Of a DNA stretch of 63,866 bases, positions 38,901-48,060 are shown one piece after another. Position numbers and translations under genes: made by a program. A model generated the notes under the pieces. That model saw only the letters and a list, made by a program, of their open reading frames with translations. It searched no databases and had not been told where the DNA came from. Numbering within the stretch: the stretch's first letter is position 1; each line of letters begins with the position of its first letter. Source of the DNA: Octopus bimaculoides (Eukaryota); the NCBI RefSeq assembly GCF_001194135.2, contig NC_068981.1:130006499-130070364 (forward strand). The letters are read 5' to 3'.

Positions 38901-41900
38901 TCCTCAACTTAGCTGTTTGGCAAAAGAAGACTGATTGAAAAAGCACCAGTCTTAAAAATAAGTACTGGGGTTGATTTGTTCAACTAAGCCCTTCAAGGCA
39001 GTGCCCCAGCAAGGCCACAGCCTAACAACTGAAACAAATAAAAGATAAAAGATATTATTTGTTATGTTACTATATGTAATTGAACTGGACATAATTATGG
39101 TAATTATTTTGAATGAAAAAATTAAAACTAGAAAATTTTATTTTTTTAGGGTGATTCACGGTACTTGATATCCAATTCTAAAGACCAGACAATAAAACTG
39201 TGGGACATACGAAAATTTTCTACAGAAGAGGGTATCAAGGTAATTTCATTTCTGATCTGTGATTCATTCCTGAAGCTGATTGTCAAGTTCTCTGGTAGAT
39301 GTTTGGATTTTTATAATCATCATTATCATTATCATCATCATCATCACCATCATCACCACCATCATCGTCATCAGTTTCTAAAAATGATAATATAAAAACT
39401 AAAGTTCAGGATTACCATTGGCAGCCTATTTCTGAAGAACGTAAGCATACTTTTAAAACACTTTTTCATGCACAGAATCTTTTCAAGTTTTCAATTTATA
39501 CAATTTCTGAAATTTGTTTTAGTGAAACCACAAAACCAGCTCAACTCACTGGAAAAATCACTTTTCTAAAACCATTTGCAAATATATATATATATATTAG
39601 TGTAACTCTTCCTTTCCTGATAGTTTGGATATAATAGGTAAAAAACTATCTTTCTACATTTTTTTTATGTAATTAGAGAAGGAGTTATGATATCCATTAA
39701 GAGATACAGATCTTCTAGTGGATTTGTTTGGTGTTCAGCTCAAATTCCTGTGGCTTGATACATGCATGAGAAAGTGGGTAGAGACGTTGTAGAGCTGGGT
39801 AGAAAAGCATAGTTCAAAATGCTAGAAGCATTATTCTTCAAAATTATTTAGGACAAAAAAAGTAAAAAAATGGCAGAAGAGATTGACAAAAGCATTGTAG
39901 ACCTGTTTTGCATATTGTTAAATGAATCTTTGCAAATCAACTGTAGAGCCTGCAGTCTAGGATGTTTGAGTGTGCTGCAGCAACACTATTCCAAATATGG
40001 GTCACAGCTGAGCTCTGTGGAGAGTCAGCAATTGATCTGTAGTGATCCCTAGTGGTTATGACAACAAGCAAAATGGAAAAGGGATGTAACGAGAGTAATC
40101 TCCCTCAAGCTTCTAGAATGTTCAAGATTCTTCAGGAAGCTTCCAGTTTTACAGGGAAGTCAGGGACTTCCAGTCCATCCCTATATAAAGGAAAGAAATT
40201 CTAAATTCACGCCATTCAGACCCTTTTGGTTCTTCAACATGTACTGGATAGAGCTGCCGTACTTCATGTGCACTCATTCACTTTTCTAACTTGGAAATGT
40301 GACTGTAAACAGAACATATTCATGTAATGTTATAAGCTTCCTTCTATTAACCTTGTATATGAACGTATTACCTCCAGTAATAAAAGTTATGACTTATTAC
40401 AAGTGTCTCATGAATTCTATCCTCTTGTTGTTATGAACAGAAACAGTGACTTCCTTTTCTCTTATACTGACTAAATTATAGTGAGTCATTAAGCCAACGT
40501 TACCACCAAAAATGGATAACCCTGACATCACTATAGATCTAAGGTTTAAGCCTAGCATTTTGAATGTTCTTTTCTCAATATTATACATGTATGATCACTA
40601 TGAAGTTCACCAGAAATTGTATTTGAAATGACTTTAGAGAGTTATAAGTCAGTGTTATTCATGAATATTTCTTTGACATATGTAGTGAGTGTATAGTAAA
40701 GGCTGTGTGTATTAGGAGTCTTTTGGTACTGTTGAAGAAACTCAGTTGATCATTCCCATGTTTTGAATACTGAAGAATTTCGAAATGCTCCTGGCAAGCC
40801 AAATCAACAGCTTGCTTTAAATTTCTGATTGGAACCATTCCATATCACTTTAATTTCTAATGTTCTTAAGAAATGGTTGAACATCACAAAATTCCATTCC
40901 CTGTTTTTCTAAGACTACATATCTTTGTAAGAAATTACAAATATCCAGTTTTCTTCTTTTCAGGCTACTGAAGCAGCTATCAGTTTCCAAAGGTGGGATT
41001 ATCGTTGGCGGCCTATATCTCAGGAAAGTAAGTACATCCATAAAACACTCTTCTTGATGTACAGAATTTTGAAACTGTTAAAAGTATACAAAATTTTTCA
41101 ACTTTGTTTCAGTGAAATTACGAAAGCCTCTAACTGGAGATGTATCAGTTATGACTTACCGTGGGCATACTGTTTTGCACACATTGATTCGTTGCAAATT
41201 CTCTCCACGCTTCACTACGGGTCAGAGGTACATTTATTCTGGATGTGCAACAGGAAATGCATGTAGTAAGTACATACTTTTCCTTCATTTATTTTTCAAT
41301 TTAATTTTTCTCTGAAATTTCATCTTTCTTTATAATCATCCAGTTTCCACTTTAAAATGAAAACCAGTTTAGTTTACATCACTTCCACAGAACCATAGTG
41401 AGCTGTGGTAAGAAAATAAGTTGTAAGTGTTAAGACAGTATTCCTCTTCTAGGCTGGTTGCACAGATGTTTAGTCTACTCATTCAACTACATCTCTGGGC
41501 ATTACCATGTCAAGATATAACCGACATTACGATGTTTTATGTCTAGTCTCTTGTACATAACAACAATGATAATCAAAGACTTTTTGTCTTAAAAGAAGAC
41601 TTTTGTAAAGAAGAGGCTCTGAAAGATGTATCACTTTTTAAAAAAAAATCTTTTATTGGTTTGGTTTAGAGGAAGTGAAGGTACATGGCCTAGTGATTAT
41701 GATGTTGCACCCATGATTGCAAGATCATGGTTTTGATTCATGGATCAGGTGATGCATTGTGTTCTTGAACAAAACACTTTGTTTCACACTGCTCCAGTCC
41801 ACTCAGCTGTAAATGAATAACCCTGTGATAGACTGGTATACATACACACACATACATACATACATACATATAAATATATATATATATCATCATCATCATC

Positions 41901-43302
41901 ATCATCATCATCATCGTCATCGTTTAACGTCTGCTTTCCATGCAAGCATGGGTTGGACAGTAAACAAAGTTTGTTTGTAGAAGCGTTGAGATGTATTGAG
42001 AGATACAGGAATAAATTTTTTATTCTCAAACGCATGATAATGCTAATAAAATAGAGCGAACAGGATAAATTATCCATACATTGCAGAAAAATACGTTATC
42101 AGCCAGCCATGGCTGGCTGGTAACGTATTTTTCTGCAATGTATGGATAATTTATGGCTGGCCAGTAACGTATTTTTCTGCAATGTATGGATAATTTATCC
42201 TGTTCATGCTATTTTATTAGCATCATCATACGTTTGAGAATAAAAAATTTATTTCTGTATCTTTCAATAAAACTAATTTTAATATTTTCAGTTTATGATG
42301 TTCTTACTGGAGAAATTGTGACCAAACTGTCCAATTGTCACAGCACATGTGTACGAGATGTCTCATGGCATCCCACGAAAAACACAATAGTAACCACCTC
42401 AGTGAGTAAAAATTTATTTCCTTTGCATTTGACTTAAGTGATTTGCTTTCTAGGTGTATGAATTACAGATACCTTGTCTGCTGTAAGATGATGGTTAAAT
42501 TTCAATCGACTTGAAACCCAATCCTGTCTTTTGGCAACCATGCTTGGTGTGGTCTTTCACCCAGCTAACTTCACTGCAGTTGACAGTTTTGACTACTTTG
42601 ACAGTCTCTAAGTCAAGTTAGCACCAGAATAATGCTTTGTCATGTCAACCCTTTTGATACCAACCTGCCCAAAACCACTCTTGTTTCTATGATACAAATT
42701 GCATTTTAAAGTTATCTAAATTAAAACTTTCCATCAAAATTCCATGTTAATTTATGTTCTAAACACAGCCTTGATAATGGCAACATTGTTTTACTAAACA
42801 CTTCATTATTTTAAAAATTCATTCAAATAAAGGTAATGTATTTTAACAGAAATATGGTAACAAAAGGGTTAAACCCTATTTCCATTATTTTAATATTAAG
42901 TAATTTTTCATAACACCCTATTTCTTGAAAGTCTTTCTTTCTCCCTCCCTCTTACAAAAATAAAAGATGGAAAGGAAAAAGGTTGCCAGTGGAGTTGAGA
43001 AATAGAAAGGAGGAAAATTGTAGTACAACCTGTGGCAACTTATATTTCAGATATTTCTTTGAAATAAATCATTAAATCCAAATGCAAATTCTTTTTTTAT
43101 TGATGAAAAAATGTAATGCATATATGTTTTTGGATATGTCTCAAGTATATAGTTGATTTACTAAAACTTGAAAAATCTTTGTTCTATCTTGTAGTGGGAC
43201 TCAACAATATGCCAGTGGTATTACTATGGCATTGAACAGCATCGAGATTTTGAAAATGGAGAATTATATTACCTCAAATCATTTCGACGATTATTTGATT
43301 GA
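898..43302 (+). CDS. DCAF11: DDB1- and CUL4-associated factor 11 (WD40 substrate receptor), whole gene span; 17 coding exons totalling 1494 nt (497 aa + stop)
   Basis: Hand-spliced exons join in frame with GT-AG boundaries. The translation has DCAF11/WDR23 hallmarks: KAFCGIYS, WSILDAAFSPDG..IYSSWSD, HGDDVNAV, VWDRRTL, YLISNSKDQTIKLWDIRKF, WDYRW, SVMTYRGHTVLHTLIRCKFSP, CVRDVSWHP. Confidence 0.96.
2834..2901 (+). CDS. DCAF11: DCAF11 exon 2 (RGRRHRAVRHSSRREKKEVDEPK), phase 2 to 1
   Basis: ttttcattgtag acceptor, AAG|gtaatt donor, open in the required phase. Basic-then-acidic composition like the vertebrate N-terminus. Confidence 0.6.
4816..4844 (+). CDS. DCAF11: DCAF11 exon 3, 29-nt microexon (ADQAPKSTVH), phase 1 to 0
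   Basis: ttttctattctag acceptor and CAT|gtaagc donor. It bridges the phases of exons 2 and 4; DQAP aligns with DATP of the human protein. Confidence 0.55.
6749..7133 (+). mobile_element. tRNA-head SINE with internal (TA/TG)n tract; copies at 9540-9900(-), 17340-17520(-), 19075-19240(-), 29370-29545(-), 35750-35900, 38680-39050, 45930-46090(-)
   Basis: A-box-like ggttgtgtggtaag and B-box-like ggttcggtctc; shared ccttggcaagtgtcttctactatagcc...gaaactgaaa body. Confidence 0.8.
10880..11380 (-). mobile_element. Mariner 3' remnant (second family)
   Basis: ORF 10970-11173 gives LHLPYSLDLAPMDCHLFSK (YSPDLAP.DF.LF motif); upstream DDNAPCH-like motif; TA-CAAGGTGGTATCAAAAAGTTCC terminus. Confidence 0.8.
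13242..13622 (-). mobile_element. tRNA-derived SINE with a well-preserved tRNA-like head
   Basis: The minus strand begins GGCGCAATGGCCCAGTGGTTAGGGCAGCGGACTCGCAG...GTTTCGATTCC (A and B boxes), followed by a body of about 300 nt; there is no tRNA acceptor-stem closure. Confidence 0.8.
13778..14060 (+). mobile_element. tRNA-head SINE with a CORE/V/Meta-like central domain; related copies at 8640-8960(-), 41686-41830 and 51250-51560(-)
   Basis: Head ggcttagtgattagg...gagttcaattcc, then ccttgagcaagac...gctccagttcactcagctg. The domain name is recalled, not searched. Confidence 0.7.
14073..14137. repeat. (CA)n microsatellite; others: (TA)n 4903-4943 and 10813-10857, (CA)n 16709-16758, (TG)n 21837-22010, (GA)n 25760-25787 and 62777-62827, (CAT)n 39320-39372
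   Basis: Seen directly. Confidence 0.95.
14325..14420 (+). CDS. DCAF11: DCAF11 exon 4 (DTHLGQQILLASGRIHKNKSYCGPTVSHMLQK)
   Basis: ttgcag acceptor, AAG|gtaaat donor; similar to human QVELATG...RMLHQ. Confidence 0.85.
14678..14803 (+). mobile_element. Penelope-like element remnant: C-terminus of the GIY-YIG-containing ORF
   Basis: Translates GSSRCKICIMERTKILKDFKKPGALNSCKNAFSKCIHC*, fitting the PLE terminal pattern C..C..EK..I....LLN...E...KC.H (recalled pattern, no search run). Confidence 0.55.
15204..15905 (+). pseudogene. ACSF3: Orphan first coding exon of a mitochondrial malonyl-CoA/acyl-CoA synthetase (ACSF3-like); ATG at 15222, in-frame TGA at 15570-15572, ends in the AMP-binding motif
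   Basis: ORFs 15222-15572 and 15582-15917 share one frame and give RVALVDQNG..Y.DLL, RIAFLCENDLSYVITE*ATWMIGAAAVPLC, ALIIYTSGTTGKPK. Acceptor ttttgcag at 15203, donor AAG|gtaagt at 15906. No downstream ACSF3 exons were seen in the window. Confidence 0.85.
16039..16075 (+). ncRNA. Minimal type-I hammerhead-like motif (Penelope pLTR type) with variant core CUGUUGA
   Basis: TCTTT-CTGTTGA-A-GAGC gta GCTC-GAAA-CG-TC-AAAGA. Stem I is TCTTT/AAAGA, stem II is GAGC/GCTC, and stem III is the palindromic ACGU, followed by a UC cleavage site. Confidence 0.55.
18120..18341. mobile_element. piggyBac-type MITE (TTAA TSD, CCCTTTAGCATT TIR); copies at 23050-23269, 38232-38447 and 45061-45275, related family at 42649-42868
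   Basis: TTAA-CCCTTTAGCATT...AATGCTAAAGGG-TTAA seen directly, with a shared body of about 220 bp. Confidence 0.85.
18510..18574 (+). CDS. DCAF11: DCAF11 exon 5 (REVGMGDKQCFSNGDQCAIGT)
   Basis: tttcag acceptor, gtaagt donor; matches the human RERG...FSLGEQ motif. Confidence 0.9.
20046..20146 (+). CDS. DCAF11: DCAF11 exon 6 (YIPNMMSTVAYCKDKAFCGIYSKEGDSFLAAGR)
   Basis: KAFCGIYS motif, canonical splice sites, phase 2 to 1. Confidence 0.95.
20560..20780 (+). mobile_element. Young RTE-tail element (near-identical copy at 34840-35031; further ends at 14495-14568 minus and 16666-16707 plus)
   Basis: Shared ...cagtcaaatcgtccaacccatgctagcatggaaagcggacgttaaacg(atg)n. Older copies at about 3350, 5330, 6340, 7430, 9230, 12200, 25310, 27350, 44525, 46260, 48450, 52470 and 53230. 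Confidence 0.85.
22589..22691 (+). CDS. DCAF11: DCAF11 exon 7 (DVYIRLYDTSCDEFRHIKSIRAQGFFWSILDAAF)
   Basis: IRLYD...WSILD motif; cag/gtaagt sites. Confidence 0.95.
24749..24792 (+). CDS. DCAF11: DCAF11 exon 8 (SPDGNYVIYSSWSDC)
   Basis: PDG..YSSWSD motif; tag/gtaagt sites. Confidence 0.95.
27205..27328 (+). CDS. DCAF11: DCAF11 exon 9 (IHLCNIRGDRDIHEALPLFPGRSTFCIFSLTFSSDNKEILG)
   Basis: Matches human IHICNI...FSIAVSSDGREVLGG; canonical sites. Confidence 0.95.
28928..28985 (+). CDS. DCAF11: DCAF11 exon 10 (GANCGNFYVYDLERNQKILT)
   Basis: Matches human GANDGCLYVFDRE; tttccag/gtaagt sites. Confidence 0.93.
29568..30807 (-). mobile_element. Full-length but defective mariner (DD34D) transposon, 1240 bp
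   Basis: 33-bp imperfect TIRs (29568-29600 and 30775-30807), left TA. Transposase motifs HDKWVPHNL, CNEKWILYNN (first catalytic D changed to N), YDNAQPH, YSPDLSRNDYHLF; stops and frameshifts present. Confidence 0.93.
30808..33225 (-). mobile_element. 5'-truncated, frameshifted RTE-clade (BovB-like) LINE with 3' UTR and (GAT)n tail
   Basis: RT motifs KTGKASGPSGITTEML, IPNDWSSSTIVNCYKSKGDALDTNNYRGIKFL, WKQGLESKGLRVNLAKTKV, ILYDSETWAV. The 3' UTR matches the many short tails in this window; a 10-N gap lies inside the RT. Confidence 0.92.
33839..34087. mobile_element. Related cargo-free hAT MITE (about 250 bp)
   Basis: Degenerate left TIR caatggtttacaacc, right TIR ggttgagaaccactg. Shares the subterminal aaaggggtccatag with 16773-16788; flanks atataaac/ttgtaaac. 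A further 3' fragment lies at about 40-100. Confidence 0.6.
35489..35581 (+). CDS. DCAF11: DCAF11 exon 11 (IKAHGDDVNAVKFADDSSQILFTGGDDGFCK)
   Basis: WD40 repeat, canonical sites, phase 0-0. Confidence 0.97.
37959..38051 (+). CDS. DCAF11: DCAF11 exon 12 (VWDRRTLNENNPTPVGVFSGHAGGITYIDSR)
   Basis: WD40 repeat, canonical sites. Confidence 0.97.
39150..39239 (+). CDS. DCAF11: DCAF11 exon 13 (GDSRYLISNSKDQTIKLWDIRKFSTEEGIK)
   Basis: Near-invariant DCAF11 motif; canonical sites. Confidence 0.97.
40964..41027 (+). CDS. DCAF11: DCAF11 exon 14 (ATEAAISFQRWDYRWRPISQE)
   Basis: WDYRW motif; cag/gtaagt sites. Confidence 0.96.
41113..41265 (+). CDS. DCAF11: DCAF11 exon 15 (MKLRKPLTGDVSVMTYRGHTVLHTLIRCKFSPRFTTGQRYIYSGCATGNAC)
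   Basis: Conserved TYRGH.VLHTLIRC.FSP motif; preceded by an 85-nt intron. Confidence 0.97.
41994..42269. repeat. Long foldback inverted repeat (arms of about 105 bp, palindromic centre, 44-nt internal duplication)
   Basis: ORFs 41784-42077(-) and 42186-42437(+) start with near-identical peptides (MDNLSCS.YFISII.RLRIKNLFLYLSI); centre ccagccatggctgg. Confidence 0.9.
42292..42401 (+). CDS. DCAF11: DCAF11 exon 16 (IYDVLTGEIVTKLSNCHSTCVRDVSWHPTKNTIVTTS)
   Basis: CVRDVSWHP motif; cag/gtgagt sites. Confidence 0.97.
43195..43302 (+). CDS. DCAF11: DCAF11 exon 17, terminal (WDSTICQWYYYGIEQHRDFENGELYYLKSFRRLFD*)
   Basis: ttgtag acceptor, completes the last WD (S-WD..I..W), TGA at 43300-43302. Confidence 0.9.
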   Translation, partial: WDSTICQWYYYGIEQHRDFENGELYYLKSFRRLFD

Positions 43303-46300
43303 TTGTAACTGTCATATGGGTTACAAAAGAAACTGAACAGATGTAAATAATTAACATTTAACAGACATGGCTTTAAGCCCTCACTTTTTTTTCATTGCTA
43401 CATCCATCATTAGAATAGTTATATTAAATATATTTAGAAATCTCAGTCTATAAAACATATTCGTTTCAACAATTGAAATTCTTTAGAAAATTTTGAAAGA
43501 AAGCAGGCTCTAATTCTCATGAAGTGAAATATTTTAAATACCTTCTTTCAGCATAATCTGCTGCTTGAGACCCTAAGATTCCTAAAGAGTCTGAAGATAT
43601 TTAAAGTATACAAAGATCTTGATTTCACTGATTCATATGCTGTTTTTGTAGAACTAAGTCTTCCTCAACTGCCAACTACTTTCTTAATTTGATAAAACAA
43701 CTTTAATTAGTCAAGGCTACTTTACATTTATTGTTTTGTGCAAGTTAAATACTGCTAGAAGGTTTCAGCTTATTACATTCCTATGCAGAAACTACCAACA
43801 AAGGATTTCCTTTGTAACATTCTAAGTTTATATTGTACTGACACAACTGCCATCATGTATAGAATGGATATTTCTTTTGGTGGAATTCTGGTTTAAGCAG
43901 CCCATATAATCTCTTGTAACTTTTCTATTTTTTGGAATTTTCAAAACATTTTTGAAAATTTGTGTTCTACACATGGGAATTCATATGATTATGTAAAAAA
44001 TCTTTTCCTTAAAACTTTTTTATTCCCCCCTATAAATCCTAAAAGTTCCACTATTTTTGGAATTTTTTCTTAAAATTCATTTAAAATATGGACAGTCTGA
44101 ATTTTTTACTTAAATCCCAGCGATGGACTACCATTGGGTGCATCATCATTCCATTAAATGTGTTTATGGGGAGAAAAATATTGAATAGCATCAATACATG
44201 TTAGATTGACAAAGAAACAAGAAAGGTTTCAGTGGTTGTCAGATGTACTAAGAACAGCTAAATCGCCCATAAATCACACAAATTTGCAAAAGTTTTCTGA
44301 AAATTCCAAACAAATTAGAAGAGTTATTATATGGGGTACTTAAACCAAAATTCCACCTTTCTTTTATTAAAACTTTTAGTTATAAAATCTAAGGAGATAT
44401 GGAAGATAAAAACAATCCATGATCATCTTTGTAGCAAGATATAGCATCGTCATTTATGTGTGTCTGGAATTTCTTTCCACTATTTTTGAATAAATAAGTG
44501 TTATTTAGTTTTGTTTGTCATCTATATCATCATCATCATCATCAAGTGACATCTGCTTTCCATATTGACATGGGTTGGATGGTTTAGCAGGGAGCTGTCC
44601 AGACACCAGCTGTCTGTTTTGGCATGGTTTCTACAGATGGATACCCTTCCTAATGCTAACCACTTAACAGTGTGCTGGATCCTTTTTACATGCCACTAGC
44701 ATGGGTGTGTTAACACAGCACCAGTACAGGTGCTTTTTAAGTGACACCAGCACCTGAAAGGACAAGCCTGTATGTGTGGAAGACTGATTTTACTTAACTT
44801 GACATGTTTTATTAAGAACAACAAATCACCACATCTCCTGGTCCTTTGTCATTTCCTCAGTGAGACCAAGCATCCGAAGATCCTTTCTCACCACTTCCAC
44901 CCACGTTTTCCTGGGTCTACCCCTTCCACAGGTACCCTCTACAATTAGAGCTCAGCACTTCTTTATGCAGCTGTCAGTAAGTTAAATTACTGTCCTATTG
45001 AAATTCTCTTACCCCAAGTATTATTTTAGTGGCTGTTAAAAGCTGGAGTAAATCCTTGAACCCTTTAACATTTAAACTAGCCATATCTAACCCAAAATAT
45101 TCTGTTACGGTCAAACTGGCCAGATCTGATCTCTCACACCTACCCTACAATGTTATTCTTAAAATAAACAATCACAACATTGAAATCTTGTAGCTACAAG
45201 ATAATGCATGATCAATTCAAAACAAAGTGGATAAATGAGCATTATATTTGACAGAGTAATCTCAATGCTAAAGGGTAAAAGACCCATTTGTAGCATCTAT
45301 GGATCACTGTTTAGCAGAAACAATAAGTTTACTAGTGTAGCTAGAATGTGTGCCACCCCTGGCCCCCCACAAAAAAGTGGTGCCACCCGGGGCAGACTGC
45401 TCCCTTCCCTCTAGCTATGCTAGTGAATAGGTTATGATACAATAGATTAAACAGGAGATAAATTTGTTACTGGATGAAGCTAGTCAGTTGCACACATTTT
45501 TCTGGAATATCTTGTCACCTGTTCTTTTGGGTTAGGTATACAGAGTCAATGTAGAACAGTGTTCTGTTTGAAACAAAATATCTACAACAGATTTTAAGAC
45601 ATGATCTACACTTTTTTAAGAGTAAACTGAAATAATATCAAAGCAAATTTAGAAAAAAAAAAAAAACTTGAATCAAGTTGAAATAATCTTAAAGTTAATT
45701 ATAATAATCTCAGAGCAAATTAAACAATAGATCATCATTGTAATATCCACTTTTCCATGCTCGCATGAGTCAGACAGAATTTGTTGAAGCAGATTTTCTG
45801 TCTGGATGCCCTTTTTGTCACCAATCCTCACCAACAGACTGGACATATTTTCATGTAAGATTGGAAATGAAGGAAAATAACTTGCAGGATAGTAACACTC
45901 ATTTACAACTACACATGAAGGCAAGGAAACAGTAACACACACACATATATAAATGATAGGCTTCTTTCAGTTTCTGTCTACCAAATTCACTCACATGGAA
46001 GGCTTTGGTTGGCCTGGGGCTATAGCTGGAGACACAATGAAACTGAACCTAGAATCATGTGGTTGGGAAGCAAACTTCTTACCACACAATTTTTTTGTCA
46101 TTGATACAATGTTTTGTATTATTTACATATCTTTCTTTTCCTATTATTTTTAAAATAATAAAATAGTTCACTTTCAGAGTATACATGTAATAAGAATAGT
46201 GTGAAAGTACAAAATCCAGTTAGTTTAATATTTTGTATTGTATTTACAAAACAAAATTTTCCATCATCATATAATGTTTGTTTTCCATATTTGGCATAGG

Positions 46301-47689
46301 TTGAACAGTTTGACTGGAACTGGCATGTCAGAAAACTGTACCAAGCTCTACTCTCTGGTTTGACATAATTTCTATGGCTGGATGCCCTTCCTAATGCCAA
46401 TCACTTTACATAGTGTACTGGGTGCTTATGTGGCACCAACACCAATAAGGTCACCTAGCAACTTGCAGGGCAATACTCAACTGGTGGGGAGTAGTATTGA
46501 GGGACAGAAAAGAGAGAGAAGATGGTGAAAATGTGATAGGTGTATGCCCCCCCCCCCACAACCTAAGTTACAGAGTGGTGTATATGGTGAAGTGGACCAA
46601 GGATTGGGGAGCATGTGTAGGTGGGTGATTTCACAGGTTTGCAAAAGGAAGCTGGTGATGCTAGAGGGAGGGGATATTAGGAGGATATGTTGTGGGGGAG
46701 GTATTCAACAGGGACATATTGTATAGCATTATCACCAGTATTTAATGTCTGTTTTTTCCAATCAGGCATTGGTTGGATAGCTTGAGAGGAACTAGCAAGA
46801 CCAGGGGCCACACCAGGTTCTATAGTTCATTTTGGCATGATTTCTACAGCTTGATGCTCTTCATAATGCCACTTTACAGAGTGTACTGGGTGCGCTTCAC
46901 ATGGCACCAGCACCCACACCAATGTTTTTTCATGTGGCACATGTATTTTAATTTTCAAATCTAGTTAAAAGTATTCTGTTGTTTCTTCAATTTTCATGAG
47001 ATTAATTGCAATAATTTATGGATAAAATTTTTCATGAAATTCTTCCCTGGCCAAGCTGCCCACATTCATTTTCTGAAAGGTGTTCAGAGAATTGCAATGG
47101 TTTGCTAGCAACGTTTTTTTGTCTCTCTCTCTCTCTCTCTCTCTCTCAATACCCTATCTTGAACAAAAATTGAGTCCAGTTCCTTTAGCAATGAGTATAC
47201 TGTTGCCATGAACAAAGGAACCTACTATGATGGATCTATTTTTCCATCAAAGAATGAAACTTGCAACAACTGTAAAGAGGTTGCACATTTTTGGTAAACA
47301 TGTCAGTCAAAAAGAGCTACAGCATCATTATCTACAATTCTTCCTATAACAGGGGCACAACAAAGAAATGGACTTGAACAATGCTAATCAGCAAATATAT
47401 GGCTAATCAATATATTGATACTTTACTCAATTCAGTTAGTGTTACCAATCTCTCATTCTCAACTTTGCAGGAATATCTTTAAACTGTCCTGGCAGCTCAA
47501 TCCAAACAGATGACTTTAAACATTAATATGAACCATTACAGAATTTTTATGTCGTTCAATATATTCCAACTTTGGCAACCAACATTTTTTTTTTATTTTC
47601 TAAATTTAATGACTTGAAACTAATTGCTACTAAATCTTGCCACTTTTTCCTATTTGATAAAAGGACAAAGAAAGATATTAAATGGTTTT

Positions 47690-48060
47690 TTTTTATGATG
47701 ACAATATTGAGTCCACAGTCTCTCCATTGTAAGCCTATGTGGTAGCAGTAAGAAACAGAGGCAAAAACAATATATCTTGTCTTGATGATTTACAAACAAT
47801 AAATTACTACTGCACTGTAGAAGCTTGTCTGCTTCCTAATACTGAAAATCTTATGTGTTCTATTCTCAACAAATTCTACAACAAACTGGATCAAAAAGAA
47901 GCATACCATTAGATTCCAATCCAAAATGACGATAAGAGATATACTGCATTTGAAGTTGATTGAAGGTTTAGTGTATCTAATACTGCAAGTACTTTTCAAA
48001 GAACAATAAATAGTTACTGACAATCAAAGGCATTTACACCTATCTCAATGTAATTGTCAT
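47690..48060 (+). mobile_element. Heavily decayed Ty3/Gypsy reverse-transcriptase fragment
   Basis: Broken translation LDDLQTINYY...LPNTENL...KLDQKEAYH*IPIQNDDKRYTAFEVD...SNTASTFQRTIN follows the Gypsy RT order (D...IN, LP.I..L, D...AYHQIPI, TAF, N....FQR). Confidence 0.75.
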
